Shown: positions 19,703-31,926 of the stretch, one piece after another
How positions within the stretch are numbered: position 1 is the stretch's first letter
Layout: each line of letters opens with the position of its first letter
Assembly (NCBI GenBank): GCA_039028615.1
Contig: JBCCHT010000016.1
Location: 1 to 64,000 of the forward strand
From: Myxococcota bacterium
GTDB taxonomy: Bacteria; Myxococcota_A; Polyangia; Nannocystales; Nannocystaceae
Direction of reading: 5' to 3'
DNA length: 64,000 bases
Made by a program: the position numbers and the translations under genes
Notes under the pieces: generated by a model
The model's input: only the letters and a program-made list of their open reading frames with translations
Database searches by the model: none
Told to the model about the DNA's origin: nothing

Positions 19703-20560
19703 CTACGCGGGGGCATGGCCGTCGAGCACCTTCAAGAACACGTCCGGCTCGGGGCGAACCCGGTAGTTGTCGGTCTGGTCGCAGAACAGGATCACGCCCT
19801 GGGCATCGGTGATGACCACGGTGGGCATGACGGTGTCGTGCTCGTAGCCGAGCGCGGTCATGCCCATCGGAATGCCGTCCGGCGAAATAATCTCGAGCTG
19901 GCTGGCCACGCGGTTGCCCGGATCGACGAGGAAGTCGAAGGGCACGTCGAAGCGGTCGGCGAGGCTCTGGGTGTTGTCGTGGGGCTGGGGAGAGACCAGC
20001 CGGACCTTGGCGCCGCGCTTGTCGAGCTCGCGGTACAGGCCGGCGACCTCTTTGATCTGCGCCATGCATAGCGGGCACCAGTTGCCGCGATAGAACAGCA
20101 TGACGGTGGGGGCGCCGCGGAAGTCGTCGGAGGAGACCTCGTTGCCCTTGGCGTCTTCGAGCACGAACGAGGGCAGGGTCTTGCCCACTTGCAGCGAGCT
20201 GGACGGCGTTCGCCCGAACACGGAGTACCAGCGCACGTAGAGCAGCAGGCCGACCGCGCCGACGACCGCCAACGCCAGGGGCAGCGCGTCGAAGGTGCCC
20301 CCGATGCCCGCCAGCGGAAGCCCGGCCGCGACCACGCCCGCCACGGACAAGGCGGTGAGGGCGGGCATGTTCTCGCTGGTGCGGCTCACCGACTTCAAGA
20401 GCATCCAAAAGCTCATCATGAAGGCGATGGGCAGGTTCGCGAGCAGCACGCCGGACCACGGCAGGACGCTCGCGCCCTGCGTCAGCTGCCAGATGGCGAG
20501 GCCACCGTTGACGGAGGCAACGGCGATGAAGCTGGAAGCGAACAGCGATTTGACGCTCAT
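19703..20560 (-). CDS. Membrane-anchored peroxiredoxin-like (AhpC/TSA family) protein
   Basis: About four N-terminal TM helices, then FYRGNWCPLC and DNYRVRPEP. Start revised to ATG 20560. Confidence 0.85.
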   Translation of the reverse strand: MSVKSLFASSFIAVASVNGGLAIWQLTQGASVLPWSGVLLANLPIAFMMSFWMLLKSVSRTSENMPALTALSVAGVVAAGLPLAGIGGTFDALPLALAVVGAVGLLLYVRWYSVFGRTPSSSLQVGKTLPSFVLEDAKGNEVSSDDFRGAPTVMLFYRGNWCPLCMAQIKEVAGLYRELDKRGAKVRLVSPQPHDNTQSLADRFDVPFDFLVDPGNRVASQLEIISPDGIPMGMTALGYEHDTVMPTVVITDAQGVILFCDQTDNYRVRPEPDVFLKVLDGHAPA

Positions 20561-20601
20561 GTCGGGGCTCTCGGTTCCCAACGGCGAGCCCGACGAGCGA
20601 G

Positions 20602-21159
20602 TTACTCGGCGGCGAGGTCGGCTTGCAGAGCGGCGCGTTGTTCGGCGGTGAGTTCCTGACGGACCTCGTGCTCGGGCAGATCGACCCCGATGGCGACCGG
20701 AATCCCGGCCACCGCGAACTTGAAGTACTGCACCGAGCTGAGGCGCTGCTCGCCGACCTGGCGGGGGTCGAAGGTCGGGCGCACGCGGGCGCCGTCGGCC
20801 TGCTCGATGTACACGTGCTGGGGCAGGGCCAGCCACTGCTGCAGCTTCACCGCGCGCTCGGCTTCGTCGTCGATGCCGATGAGCAGCGTGCAGCCCAGCT
20901 CGCCCGGCCCGCCGAGCAGCTCGTTGTAGGTCGACAGCTCGTGCTGGATGTCGGACTCCTTGACGATCCGCTCGGCCCGCATCATCTCCTGCACCTGGTA
21001 GCGCACGGTGTCGCGGTTCTCGAACAGGAAGGTGAAGGTGCCGCCGGACAGCGCGATGCGACGGGGTGCCTTGGCGGCGAGCGCCCGCGGGCGCAGGGTG
21101 TCGCGCTGCTCGGAGTAGGTGACGAAATCGAGGATCTCGCTGCGGTCTACGGGCTTCAT
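20602..21159 (-). CDS. DUF3501 family protein
   Basis: FLFENRDTVRYQVQEMMRAERI, YNELL and SSVQYFKF motifs. Its start overlaps the stop of the Fe-S oxidoreductase. Confidence 0.85.
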   Translation of the reverse strand: MKPVDRSEILDFVTYSEQRDTLRPRALAAKAPRRIALSGGTFTFLFENRDTVRYQVQEMMRAERIVKESDIQHELSTYNELLGGPGELGCTLLIGIDDEAERAVKLQQWLALPQHVYIEQADGARVRPTFDPRQVGEQRLSSVQYFKFAVAGIPVAIGVDLPEHEVRQELTAEQRAALQADLAAE

Positions 21160-22538
21160 TCGCTGGAGTCTCCCTTCGCGCCGGCTTCGTCGCTCATTGC
21201 GGAGGCGGGCGCGTCGAAGCTGTCACCGCGGTAGGCCCGGGCGAGCAGCGACATGGGGTGCAGGGGGCGTCGCCCCGCATGCTGTTCGAATTGGATCGCG
21301 GCGAGCGGGCAATCGGTGGCCCACCACTGCGCGTCGGAGTCTTTCATGCCGTCGAAGGCTCGCTTGCCCACCCGCTGCGAGGGCTCGAAGCCATCGACCA
21401 TCATGGCGTAGGTGCCGTCGTGGCCGCAGCACTCCATGACCAGCTCCGGCTTGACGCCGGGCAGCTTGCGTAGCAAGTCGCGGCCCTTGAAGCCCACGCC
21501 TTGCGTGCGGAGGTGGCAGGGCGCGTGGTAGGCCACGGGCCCTTCGGGCGAGCTCTCGAACTCGGTGTTGAAGCGGTCTTCCTTGCGGATCGACCACAGG
21601 AACTCGCTCGGGTCCTTGGTGGCCTCGGCCAGCTTCTGCGCGCGCTCCCGATCCTCGCCCTCGAGCAGCTCGGGCCACTCGCGGCGCAGCATCATCGAGC
21701 AGGTGGGGTTGATCGCCAGCACGGAGGACCCCGCGTCGACGTAGGGCATCAGCACGTCGAGGGTGGCCTTGGCCTTCTTGCGCAGGCCCTTCAGGTCGCC
21801 GCGCTCCCAGGCCGGCATGCCGCAGCACTGCAGGCCCTCGGCGCAGCGGATGTCGACGCCGTTGCGCTGCATGACCTCGACCGTGTCGCGGCCGATCTGG
21901 GGCTCGTTGTGCTCGACGAAGCAGGTCTGGAACAGCACCACCTCGCCGCCGGGCCCCTCCTTGGTGAGGCCCTCGTCCTTGGCCCAGGTCTCGAAGGTCT
22001 GGTCGGCGAAGTCGGGCAGCTGCTTGTCGCGGTGGACCCCCAGCACTTTTTCCATGAACCACCGATGCAGGCGCACCTTGTTCATGCTGTTGGCCATGCC
22101 GAAGCTGGCCCGGGCGGCCTTGCCCGCGAAGTCGGGGTCGCCGAGCAGCTTGTCCTGCACCGTGGTGGCGCGCTTGCGTCGCTCGATCGCCTTGTAGCGG
22201 TGCACCAGCTTGGGGAAGTCGAGCTGAAACTCGTGCTTGTCCCGCGGGGTGTAGGGGCACTGCACCTCGCAGAGCTTGCACTGGAAGCACGCGTCCATGA
22301 TGCCGCGCGTGTCCTCCCCACTCACCTTGCGCACGTCGCCGTCGTAGCGGTCGTCGAGGAGATCGAAGAGGTTGGGGAAGGAGTCGCAGTACTTGAAGCA
22401 CATGCGGCAGCCGTGGCAGACCTCGAAGACCCTCGTGATCTCCTTGCCTAGCGCCTGCTCATCCCAGTACTTGGCCTCGCTGGGGTCGTAGCAGAGCCCA
22501 TCGGTGGGTTTGTAGGAGATGTTTTGGTCGTCGCCCAT
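21156..22538 (-). CDS. Rubrerythrin-associated Fe-S oxidoreductase (GlpC/HdrD-like, CCG domains)
   Basis: Cluster motifs [11 protein letters not shown] and [12 protein letters not shown], two CCG motifs (QCCGMP, ECCGHDG). Confidence 0.9.
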   Translation of the reverse strand: MGDDQNISYKPTDGLCYDPSEAKYWDEQALGKEITRVFEVCHGCRMCFKYCDSFPNLFDLLDDRYDGDVRKVSGEDTRGIMDACFQCKLCEVQCPYTPRDKHEFQLDFPKLVHRYKAIERRKRATTVQDKLLGDPDFAGKAARASFGMANSMNKVRLHRWFMEKVLGVHRDKQLPDFADQTFETWAKDEGLTKEGPGGEVVLFQTCFVEHNEPQIGRDTVEVMQRNGVDIRCAEGLQCCGMPAWERGDLKGLRKKAKATLDVLMPYVDAGSSVLAINPTCSMMLRREWPELLEGEDRERAQKLAEATKDPSEFLWSIRKEDRFNTEFESSPEGPVAYHAPCHLRTQGVGFKGRDLLRKLPGVKPELVMECCGHDGTYAMMVDGFEPSQRVGKRAFDGMKDSDAQWWATDCPLAAIQFEQHAGRRPLHPMSLLARAYRGDSFDAPASAMSDEAGAKGDSSE

Positions 22539-22553
22539 GATCGTCCATATGCA

Positions 22554-22577
22554 AGCGGCCACCCGAAGGTGGCCGCT
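22554..22577 (-). terminator. Intercistronic stable hairpin (cUUCGg tetraloop)
   Basis: The mRNA reads AGCGGCCACC-UUCG-GGUGGCCGCU, a perfect 10-bp stem with no U-tract. Confidence 0.6.
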
Positions 22578-22643
22578 CGTGACGAAAGTGACCGTAGATG
22601 ATGGTGGAGCCGCCTTCCGACCCCGCCGTCATCGACGTCGCGC

Positions 22644-23063
22644 CTAGAAGTGCTCTTCGAGCAGCTTCGTGAAGCGACCGGCGTGCGACTTCTCGGCCTT
22701 GGCGAGGGTCTCGAACCAGTCGGCGACCTCTTCGAAGCCCTCTTCGCGAGCGGTCTTCGCCATGCCCGGGTACATGTCGGTGTACTCGTGGGTCTCGCCG
22801 GCGACGCCGGCCTTGAGGGCACCCTCGGTGTCCTTGATGGGCAGGCCGGTGGCGGGGTCGCCCACCTGCTTGAGGTAGTCGAGGTGGCCATGGGCGTGGC
22901 CGGTCTCGCCCTCGGCGGTGTCGCGGAAGTTGCCCGCGATCTCGGGGTAGCCTTCGACGTCGGCCATCTTGGCGAAGTAGAGGTAGCGACGATTGGCCTG
23001 CGACTCGCCGGCGAAGGCGGCCTTCAGGTTGTCGTGCGTCTTGGTTCCGTCGAGTTTGCTCAT
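22644..23063 (-). CDS. rbr: Rubrerythrin (short form lacking the rubredoxin domain)
   Basis: [45 protein letters not shown]. No C-terminal CxxC pairs. Confidence 0.93.
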   Translation of the reverse strand: MSKLDGTKTHDNLKAAFAGESQANRRYLYFAKMADVEGYPEIAGNFRDTAEGETGHAHGHLDYLKQVGDPATGLPIKDTEGALKAGVAGETHEYTDMYPGMAKTAREEGFEEVADWFETLAKAEKSHAGRFTKLLEEHF

Positions 23064-23322
23064 GGATGTCTCCCTAGCTCCCGCATGGACGGGGCAGCCA
23101 CGGCGGGCGGCCCTGCGGTGTCGGCGAGAAATAACATGGGTCGTCGGGGTGGGTCACGGTGCGCTCAGGGCGGGCGTTGCGGGTGGGTGGCCCCCGTCAC
23201 CGGTCGGCCGGGGGCCTCAAACCGGCTCGCAATGGGCCGTGCGCAGAGAGCAGGCCCGAACGCCTCAGGGGCGGTACCATCGGCGCGATGCGGGTCGGCT
23301 CACGGACCTGCACCGGAGCTGC

Positions 23323-24396
23323 ATGGATTCGTCTGACCCGCGCCGTGAAAACCCCCCTCTCCCCGAGCTGGTGGCCCTGGAAGGGGCGGGGCCGGGCCCG
23401 CACACCGCGTTCGTCGTGCTGCGCTCGGTCAGTAAGGGCCAGACCCGCAACGGACAGCCGTTCTTGGATCTCAAGCTGGCCGATCGCACCCGCTCGGTCG
23501 GCGCCAAGGTGTGGAGCGATGCCGCCCGCGCGATGCAGACGGCGGAGCAGCTCGATCCGGGGGCGCACGTGAAGGTGCTGTTCGAGGTCGGTGAGTATCG
23601 CGGCGCGATGCAGCTGACCATCAAGCGGCTGCGACCGGTGCAAGAGGACGAGCCGCACTACGATCCGCAGCTGTTGATCGACGAGGGCGAGGCGCTCATC
23701 GAAGGCTTGGCGGTGGACACCCTGGTCTTCGACATCGAGACGGTGCCCGCGGTCGAGCTGCGCAAGGTGCCGTCCACGGTGGCCCAGGCGGTGACCAAGT
23801 ACGCCGACCGCCAGGACTGGGACGAAGGCAAGGTCATGAGCCTGTCGCCGTTCTTCGGCAAGGTGGTCTCGCTCGCCTTCGGCGACGGCGAGGTCGAGCC
23901 GGATCGGCAGGAGACCAACGTGTTCGTGTGTCCGCCCGACGACGTCGAGGTCACCGAGCTGCCCGACAATGTGCGGCTGGTGTCGGAGACCGAGCTGCTG
24001 CAGGCGTTCTGGGCCCTGGCCGGGCACGCCAGCGTGGTCGTGACCTACAACGGCCGCGGCTTCGACGTTCCGTTCTTGGTGGGGCGCAGCCTCATCCACG
24101 ACATCCCGGTGCGGGTCGATCTGCAATCGAAGCCCTTTGCCCTGCGACCCCACCTCGACCTTTATCAGGTGGTGGCGGGGCGCCATGGCCGAGGGCCCGC
24201 CCCGCTCGACGTGGTGTGCTGGGCCTTGGGCATGCCCAGCCCCAAGGAGGTCATGGACGGCTCGATGGTCAGCACCTTCTTTGCCAAGGGCGACCTGGCG
24301 ACCATCGCCGAGTACAACGCGGGCGACGTGCGGGCTACGACGGCCGTGTATCAGCGCGTTCGCGACGGCGTGCTGCGCTACCGCGACGACTGGTAG
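23323..24396 (+). CDS. OB-fold (YhaM-like) fused to a PolB-like DEDD 3'-5' exonuclease
   Basis: N-terminal [16 protein letters not shown]...AKVW...EYRGAMQL; C-terminal [29 protein letters not shown] lies before ATG 23323. Confidence 0.8.
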   Translation: MDSSDPRRENPPLPELVALEGAGPGPHTAFVVLRSVSKGQTRNGQPFLDLKLADRTRSVGAKVWSDAARAMQTAEQLDPGAHVKVLFEVGEYRGAMQLTIKRLRPVQEDEPHYDPQLLIDEGEALIEGLAVDTLVFDIETVPAVELRKVPSTVAQAVTKYADRQDWDEGKVMSLSPFFGKVVSLAFGDGEVEPDRQETNVFVCPPDDVEVTELPDNVRLVSETELLQAFWALAGHASVVVTYNGRGFDVPFLVGRSLIHDIPVRVDLQSKPFALRPHLDLYQVVAGRHGRGPAPLDVVCWALGMPSPKEVMDGSMVSTFFAKGDLATIAEYNAGDVRATTAVYQRVRDGVLRYRDDW

Positions 24397-25994
24397 CGCT
24401 CTCGTCGGCGGCGGGCGAGCAGGCCGAGCAGCGCCAGGCCCCACAGCGGGCCCGCGGGCGACGGCCCTCGCATGCGGCAGTCGCAACCCGATGCACTGGC
24501 GCCGCCGTCGAGCAGGCCCGAGCCCGTGCCCGCGCTCGGCCCGGTGGTGGTCCCCGAGCTGTCGGGCGTCGCCGTCATGGCATCGTCGTTGCTGTCGACA
24601 CCCTCTTCGCTCGCGGCTCCGTCGTTGCCCCCTTCGCCGCCCGTGGAATCGGCCCCGCCCGTGCCCCCCGGGGGCTCGGCCTCCGACCACTCGTAGGCCC
24701 CGACGTCGTACGCGGGCCCCACGGGCCGCACCGTGCCGTCGCGATCGCGCGAGACCTCGTCGAGCTCGATGCCCGCGTCGACGGGCGCAGAGCCTTCGAC
24801 CAGGTGATAGTCGTGCCCCGCCGCATCGATGAACACCTCCGGCCCCACCACCAGGTTGCCCAGGCCCTCGGCTGTGATGTCCGGGATGCTGTTGCCGAGC
24901 ACCAGCAGGTTGTCGATGCGCAGGTCGACGGGCGGATCGCCACCGTCGTCCACGAACAGTTCCCCGATCTCGCCGCCGAGGGTCGTGGCCAGCACGTCGG
25001 CCCCGGTCAGACCGGTGGCGTAGCGGATGCCCGTGCCCAGATCGTAGAGCACCGCGTTGTGCACCTGGGCCAGCGCCGGGCCGCGCAGGTCGAGGCCCAC
25101 CGCCGAGCCGTAGACGGTGATGCCGACCAGCTGCGCGTCGACCTGCTCCTCGATGAACATCGCCGCCTGGTCGCCGCTCGTGCCCCCGAAACCGAACGCC
25201 ACGGTGTCTTCCACCAGGAGGGTGGGGGGTGAGCCGCGGCCGTCCAGGTCGAGGCCGACCTTGGTCTCGACGGCGCTGTCGCCGATGACGGTGCCCATGG
25301 CCACGCCGTTGGCGTCCTCGTCCAGCGGCCCGCCCCACAGCATGCAGCGGCGGAGCGACAGCTCGTCCCAGGGGGCGCGCGTCGGCGACATCTGCACCGC
25401 GTCTCCCGAGATCAGGTAGATCTCGGTGTCGCGGATCTCGACGTCGAACACGCTGTCGCCGGTCACCCCGTGTGCATCGCCCTTCGCAGCCACGCAGTGG
25501 TGGATGCTCGAGTTGGCGACGAGCACGTTCTGCACCGTGTGTAGGTCGAGGCAGTCGGCCCCCGAGCGGCGGATTTCGACGTCGAAGAGCTCGAGATTGT
25601 TCGCACCGTCCGTGTCCACGGTGTCCGACGCGCCGTAGCCTCCGTCGAAGACGAGACCCTGGATCGTGTGGAACGGGTGGTGTGCGGCCATGGCGGCCCC
25701 GTCGGCCTGCACGATGGCTTCGCCCGCGGGCTCGGCCACCACGGTGATGGGGGCCGCGCCCGTGCCATCGGTCACGGTGGCGATGGGGGCGTAGGTGCCG
25801 GGCAAGACGTGCACGACGTCGCCGGCTACCGCTTGGTCGAGAGCGTCCTGGATCTCGAGGAAGGGACTGCCTTCGCTACCGTCCCCTCCTGGGTCGGCGG
25901 CGGCGTCGACATAGAGGTCTGCAGCCGCGGCGACCGAAGGAAAGGCCACTGCCGCCGCCACGAGTGGTCCCAAGACCCCGATCCATCTCTCCAT
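24378..25994 (-). CDS. Right-handed beta-helix surface protein with MYXO-CTERM sorting signal
   Basis: Signal peptide, [41 protein letters not shown]...DVGAYE, C-terminal GCDCR...[12 protein letters not shown]. Confidence 0.85.
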   Translation of the reverse strand: MERWIGVLGPLVAAAVAFPSVAAAADLYVDAAADPGGDGSEGSPFLEIQDALDQAVAGDVVHVLPGTYAPIATVTDGTGAAPITVVAEPAGEAIVQADGAAMAAHHPFHTIQGLVFDGGYGASDTVDTDGANNLELFDVEIRRSGADCLDLHTVQNVLVANSSIHHCVAAKGDAHGVTGDSVFDVEIRDTEIYLISGDAVQMSPTRAPWDELSLRRCMLWGGPLDEDANGVAMGTVIGDSAVETKVGLDLDGRGSPPTLLVEDTVAFGFGGTSGDQAAMFIEEQVDAQLVGITVYGSAVGLDLRGPALAQVHNAVLYDLGTGIRYATGLTGADVLATTLGGEIGELFVDDGGDPPVDLRIDNLLVLGNSIPDITAEGLGNLVVGPEVFIDAAGHDYHLVEGSAPVDAGIELDEVSRDRDGTVRPVGPAYDVGAYEWSEAEPPGGTGGADSTGGEGGNDGAASEEGVDSNDDAMTATPDSSGTTTGPSAGTGSGLLDGGASASGCDCRMRGPSPAGPLWGLALLGLLARRRRERYQSSR

Positions 25995-26187
25995 GGCCGA
26001 TCAGAGTAGAGGCTTTCGGGTTTGTGCGCTCGCCAACCCTGGTGCCCCGGGCTGGGCGTTTTCTTGCACCGACGGCGGTGGTATATCGCCACTCGCGCCC
26101 TTCCCGCTCGCGGGCAAACCACCGGTGTCACGACCGTGTTTCGCCCCGCCCGCGACCCCCCCAGAAGGCGGCGCAGGAGCTATTGCC

Positions 26188-27414
<1,227 letters not shown>

Positions 27415-27586
27415 GCACCGTCGCTTCGTCGACGATCGAGGTCGTGCGAGCACCGCGAGGGCGGGGCGCACGGCCTCTTCCGTTTCGAAGCACACCGATC
27501 TTGGCGCAAAAATCGCCCTCGCGGTGTCGGCGCGGGCTCTTCATTCGCATCACAAAGCCCTCGTTGGGTATACTTCGGCTCTATCG

Positions 27587-28423
27587 ATGCAACTACGGCC
27601 GTTCCATGTGCTTTTGACGACGAGCTTGCTGGTGGCGTGTTCCGTCGGGGAGAACTCGGCCGGAGACAACTTCACCTTCGGTGATGGTGGCGACGCGGGG
27701 GCCAACACCTCCGACCCGACCGCCGGTGCGGTGGACACCTCCGGCGGGGATGGGCTCACCAGCGGTGGCTCGATGGGTGTCACCAGCAACGACGACAACG
27801 ATGACAACGATGACAACGCCGACGGGGTGCAGTGCATCGACGGCGACGGGGACGACTACGGCGATGGCTGTGCGGCCGGCCCCGATTGCGACGACACCAA
27901 CCCCGAGGTCAACCCCGGCGCGGCCGAGACCTGCAACGGGGCCGACGACAACTGCGACGACGAGATCGACAACGGCTGCGAGTGCCCCGACGACGGGGTG
28001 AGCGGGGCCTGCAATGCGCCGTCGGATCTCGGCATCGTCGAAGCGGGCGGCAGCACGCTCGGCGTCGTCGGGACCGTGCCCCAAGAGGGCTCGGTCGACT
28101 GGTACACGGTCTCCTTCCCCTTCACCGGGCGACCGGGCGGAGGCACACCCACCATCGGCTTCGCGATCAACACGGGCGACGCCTTCGTGTTCGATGTGGT
28201 GGCCGCCGAGTGTGACGCCGCCGGAGCGCCGTGTGGCGAAGGCGGAGACGCGATGGGGTCCGCGGTCGGCCTGACCGACTGGACCTTCGCCGACACCGAT
28301 CCCGGCTGCTGCGCGCCGCCGGCCGACTCGATGGTCGCCTGGCCCGACCAGATCTGGCTGAGGGTCTATCGCACGTCCATGGGGGCGAGCTGCGATACCT
28401 ACCAGCTCGAAGTCACTCGCTGA
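27587..28423 (+). CDS. Lipoprotein with putative metal-binding (MopE-like) Asp/Cys repeat
   Basis: Lipobox LVAC, then DGDGDDYG...DCDDTNPEVNPGAAETCNGADDNCD. Confidence 0.8.
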   Translation: MQLRPFHVLLTTSLLVACSVGENSAGDNFTFGDGGDAGANTSDPTAGAVDTSGGDGLTSGGSMGVTSNDDNDDNDDNADGVQCIDGDGDDYGDGCAAGPDCDDTNPEVNPGAAETCNGADDNCDDEIDNGCECPDDGVSGACNAPSDLGIVEAGGSTLGVVGTVPQEGSVDWYTVSFPFTGRPGGGTPTIGFAINTGDAFVFDVVAAECDAAGAPCGEGGDAMGSAVGLTDWTFADTDPGCCAPPADSMVAWPDQIWLRVYRTSMGASCDTYQLEVTR

Positions 28424-28452
28424 GCCGGACCGAGCCCGACGCTCGAACGAAG

Positions 28453-28490
28453 AACGCTCGCCTCGTGAAGCCACGAGCCGAGCGTTTTTT
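28453..28490 (+). terminator. Intrinsic terminator between convergent genes
   Basis: AACGCTCG-c-CTCGTG-aagc-CACGAG-c-CGAGCGTT followed by TTTT. Confidence 0.8.
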
Positions 28491-28507
28491 CGTGGGGCGA
28501 CCCGCGG

Positions 28508-29566
28508 CTACTGGCAGGTCTGAATCACGATGTTGCAGGTCTGCCCGTCGGGGCAGTCCATGTCGCCATTGCAGGCGGTGTGGCCTTCGATCTCCACGTC
28601 GGTCGGCGTGCGGGCGCGAACCCGGAACTCCACGCAGCCCGTGGGGCCGGCGGTGCGGTCGACCGTCTGACGATAGATGTTGGCCGAAGGGAAGCCGGAC
28701 ACGCCCGAGGCCATGAGGGCGTCGACGAGCGCGGCCGGGACCGAGTAGCTGCCCGTGTCCGGTACGTCGCAGAACAGGGTGGCGGGCGAGATGCCGTGCT
28801 GGTCGATGTTCAGCTCGATGCGAACCCAGGCCTCGCCGTCCTCGGGGTCCCAGGCGAGATCGACGTTGGTGCCCTCGGCCACGTACAGCTGGGGCGTGAC
28901 GCCGGTCAGCGCTCCGAAGCCGCGGCCCTCCATCGCGATGCCGTCGGCGGCGATCTCGAGGGTCGAGCCCGCGGCGATGGCCGGGTGCGGCAGGTTGGTC
29001 TCGAAGTAGCGGCTGTCGGCGGCGGGCTCCATCTCGACCGGGACCTCCATCCCCGTGATGGTCACCGTGCCCACCGTGATGCGCTCGGGGAAGATCTCGC
29101 AGGTCTTGGCGTTCGTGCACACCTCACCGCCGCCGCAGGGCGGGTCGCAGAACGGGTTGGCCACCGTCAGCATGCGGCACTCAGCTTCCGCGGCGTTCTC
29201 GGTGATGATGGTGGTCTGCACCAAGTCGGCCCGGACCTCGCCGTTGATCGCGGAGTATTCCTCCTCGAGGATCACGTCGAACACGCCCACGCGCTCACCC
29301 ACCGGGCACTCGCCCGCGATGCCCTCGGGTTCCTCGGTCGTGCCTCCGGTCGGGGGGTCGACGGTCTCGTTGGTGTCGTCGGTGTCGTCGCCGGGACCGT
29401 TGCCCGGGCCGTTGCCGGTCTCGTCCCCGGTATCCGCTCCGCTCGGGCCCGTCGCGTCTGCGTTGTCGGTCGTCGCGTCCGGGTCGTCGGGATCGGTCGT
29501 ACATCCCACCCCGAGGACGAGGGCGATCGAAATCAACGGAGGATACGAAAACGAACGAAAGTCCAT
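28508..29566 (-). CDS. Hypothetical Cys-containing lipoprotein
   Basis: Lipobox GVGC, D/T-rich linker, CDPPC motif and a C-terminal CNGDMDCPDGQTC module. Confidence 0.75.
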   Translation of the reverse strand: MDFRSFSYPPLISIALVLGVGCTTDPDDPDATTDNADATGPSGADTGDETGNGPGNGPGDDTDDTNETVDPPTGGTTEEPEGIAGECPVGERVGVFDVILEEEYSAINGEVRADLVQTTIITENAAEAECRMLTVANPFCDPPCGGGEVCTNAKTCEIFPERITVGTVTITGMEVPVEMEPAADSRYFETNLPHPAIAAGSTLEIAADGIAMEGRGFGALTGVTPQLYVAEGTNVDLAWDPEDGEAWVRIELNIDQHGISPATLFCDVPDTGSYSVPAALVDALMASGVSGFPSANIYRQTVDRTAGPTGCVEFRVRARTPTDVEIEGHTACNGDMDCPDGQTCNIVIQTCQ

Positions 29567-29894
29567 GGGTGCCTTTAGCATGGGGCGAGCCGCACCCCAT
29601 TGGAAGTCCATGGCAGCAAGGGATGCTTTCCTTCATCGAGCGGAGGCCCACGACGGGGCCGGCCCGCGAGATTTTGGGCGATACTGGGCCGTAGAGCGCC
29701 CTTTCGCACGAAAAAGACAGTCTGATTGAAGGCGAGCCCCGCTTGGCCCCATCCATTTGGGTCGGCGGTCGAATGGAGGCGTGTTGCGCCCGCAACGCTG
29801 CCCCCTAAACTCGGAATCTCCGCTAAACTGTCAAAACCTAGCTTTGATGGTGATGGTGGTGCGGTACGCCGTTGGACAATGAACGAGAACTAGG

Positions 29895-31922
29895 ATGCTG
29901 ATGAAATCGTCTCTCCACTGGGCCCGAACGGGATTCCTCGTTTCATCGATGCTGCTCGGAGCGGCCGGCTCGGGCTGCAAAGCCGACGCGGACGGGTTGG
30001 TCTGCGAGCTGCCCGACGATGGGATGGACGTCGACTTCGCCCAGCGCATCGGGTGCCGAGCGGACTACGACCGCCTCGCGGCCACGCCGCTGAGCACGGC
30101 CAAGTCGGGTGCCGTCTCGGCCAAGACCGTGCTCGACACCATCGACGACGAGTTCTACGTCCAGAACAGCGACAAGTATCCCATCCACTGGGAGTTCGCC
30201 TTCCAGCACTTGTCGGGCATGGGCAAGCCCATCGTGCCGCAGCTCGCCGACTTCAACATGAGCGAGTACTACACGCCGGACCGTCGGTTCTTGCTCGGGG
30301 CCATCACCTACTACGAGGGGCCCGAGGTCTGGACCTACGAGATTTCTCCATATGACACCGCGACCGCCGAGATGATCGAGCGCGCGTACGTGAAGATCAC
30401 GGAGAACACCTACTTCGGCAACGAGTTGTACTTCCACCCCACCTCCGAGGGCGTGGGGCGAGAGGCGGAGAACCTCCCCGACTCGGTCAAGATCATCACC
30501 ACCGAGGAACTCTACGCCGACCAGGAGTATCAGATCCTCAATACGGGGGAGACCTACGCGCAGGTTCGCTTCGTGCGGGCGGCCGACCTCGAGACCGACT
30601 ACCTGAGCTTCCGCGAGCTGGCCATCCTCGACAGCGTGCCCAACGACATCTCCGTCGTCTCCGGCATCATCACCCAGGAGTTCCAGACCCCGCTTTCGCA
30701 CATCAACGTGCTCTCGCAAAACCGCGGCACGCCCAACATGGGGCTGCGTGATGCGTGGGACCACGAGGAGCTGCGGGCCCTCGAGGGCAAGTGGGCGCAC
30801 CTGGTGATCGAGGCCGACGGCTGGCGCATCGAAGAGACCACCCGCGAAGAGGCCGATGCCTGGTGGGAGGCCAACCGCCCCGCCGCCGTGCAGGTGCCCG
30901 GCATCGACCTGTCGGTCACCGAGCTGACCGACATGGCCGACCTGCTCGACTCCGACCTGAGCGTGGCCGAGGCCATCGACAAGGCGATTCCGGCCTTCGG
31001 CGGCAAGGCGTCCAACTACGCCGTGCTGCCCAAGATCGGCGGCAACCTCAACCCGCCGCGGGCCTTTGCCGTCCCCGTCTACTACTACGACCAGTTCCTG
31101 CGGGAAAACGGCTTCGACACCCGCATCGCCGCCATGCTCGAGGACCCGGCGTTCAACGACGACGTGGTCACCCGCGACGCCATGCTGCTGCAGCTGCGCG
31201 ACGACATGCGGGCGGCGCCGCTCAACGCCGAGTTCGAGCAGTTGCTGCTGACCAAGCTCGAAGAGGACTACCCCGGCATCCGCATGCGCTTCCGGTCGAG
31301 CACCAACGCCGAGGACCTCGACGGCTTCACCGGGGCGGGCCTGTACACCTCCAAGAGCGCGGTGCCGGGCTCCGTGGACGAGCCGGTCGCCGACGCGGTG
31401 CGCAAGGTCTGGGCCAGCGTGTGGTTCTTCCGCGCGTTCGAGGAGCGCTCGTACCGAAGCATCGACCACCTCGCGGTGGGCATGTCGTTGCTCGTGCACC
31501 GCTCCTTCCCCGACGAAGAGGCCAACGGCGTCGCGCTCACGGCCAACATCTTCGACACCACGGGAGCCGAGCCCGGCTTTTACATCAACGTGCAGCAGGG
31601 CGAGGCCTCGGTGGTCAAGCCCGAGCCCGGGGTCACCAGCGACCAGTTCATCTATCACTTCGATTTCCCCGGTCAGCCGATCGTGTCCATCGTGCGATCG
31701 AACCTGGTCCCCCCGGGGGAGACCGTCCTGACCTTCGCGCAGACCTACGAGCTGGGTAAGGCGCTCAAGGACATCCACACCTACTTTTCGACCATCTACC
31801 CGCCCAACGCCAACGGGTGGTACGCGATGGACGTCGAGTTCAAGTTCGACGACATCGGCGAATACGACGAGCCCATCTTGTGGGTGAAGCAGGCTCGTCC
31901 TCACCCTGGCCTGGGGAACTGA
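29895..31922 (+). CDS. Lipoprotein dikinase-like protein (phospho-His domain plus C-terminal PPDK_N ATP-grasp)
   Basis: Lipobox GSGC, TPLSHINVLSQNRGTP (His domain), FGGKASNY, RFRSSTNAEDLDGFTGAGLYTS, VKQARP. Confidence 0.85.
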   Translation: MLMKSSLHWARTGFLVSSMLLGAAGSGCKADADGLVCELPDDGMDVDFAQRIGCRADYDRLAATPLSTAKSGAVSAKTVLDTIDDEFYVQNSDKYPIHWEFAFQHLSGMGKPIVPQLADFNMSEYYTPDRRFLLGAITYYEGPEVWTYEISPYDTATAEMIERAYVKITENTYFGNELYFHPTSEGVGREAENLPDSVKIITTEELYADQEYQILNTGETYAQVRFVRAADLETDYLSFRELAILDSVPNDISVVSGIITQEFQTPLSHINVLSQNRGTPNMGLRDAWDHEELRALEGKWAHLVIEADGWRIEETTREEADAWWEANRPAAVQVPGIDLSVTELTDMADLLDSDLSVAEAIDKAIPAFGGKASNYAVLPKIGGNLNPPRAFAVPVYYYDQFLRENGFDTRIAAMLEDPAFNDDVVTRDAMLLQLRDDMRAAPLNAEFEQLLLTKLEEDYPGIRMRFRSSTNAEDLDGFTGAGLYTSKSAVPGSVDEPVADAVRKVWASVWFFRAFEERSYRSIDHLAVGMSLLVHRSFPDEEANGVALTANIFDTTGAEPGFYINVQQGEASVVKPEPGVTSDQFIYHFDFPGQPIVSIVRSNLVPPGETVLTFAQTYELGKALKDIHTYFSTIYPPNANGWYAMDVEFKFDDIGEYDEPILWVKQARPHPGLGN

Positions 31923-31926
31923 AATC

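Noticed and set aside
23120..23140. AT-rich patch upstream of rbr as a Fur/PerR box
   Set aside because: Too short and not palindromic enough to support the call.
29895..31922. Annotation as ppsA or ppdK
   Set aside because: It has no pyruvate-binding barrel, the domain order is reversed and it carries a lipoprotein signal.
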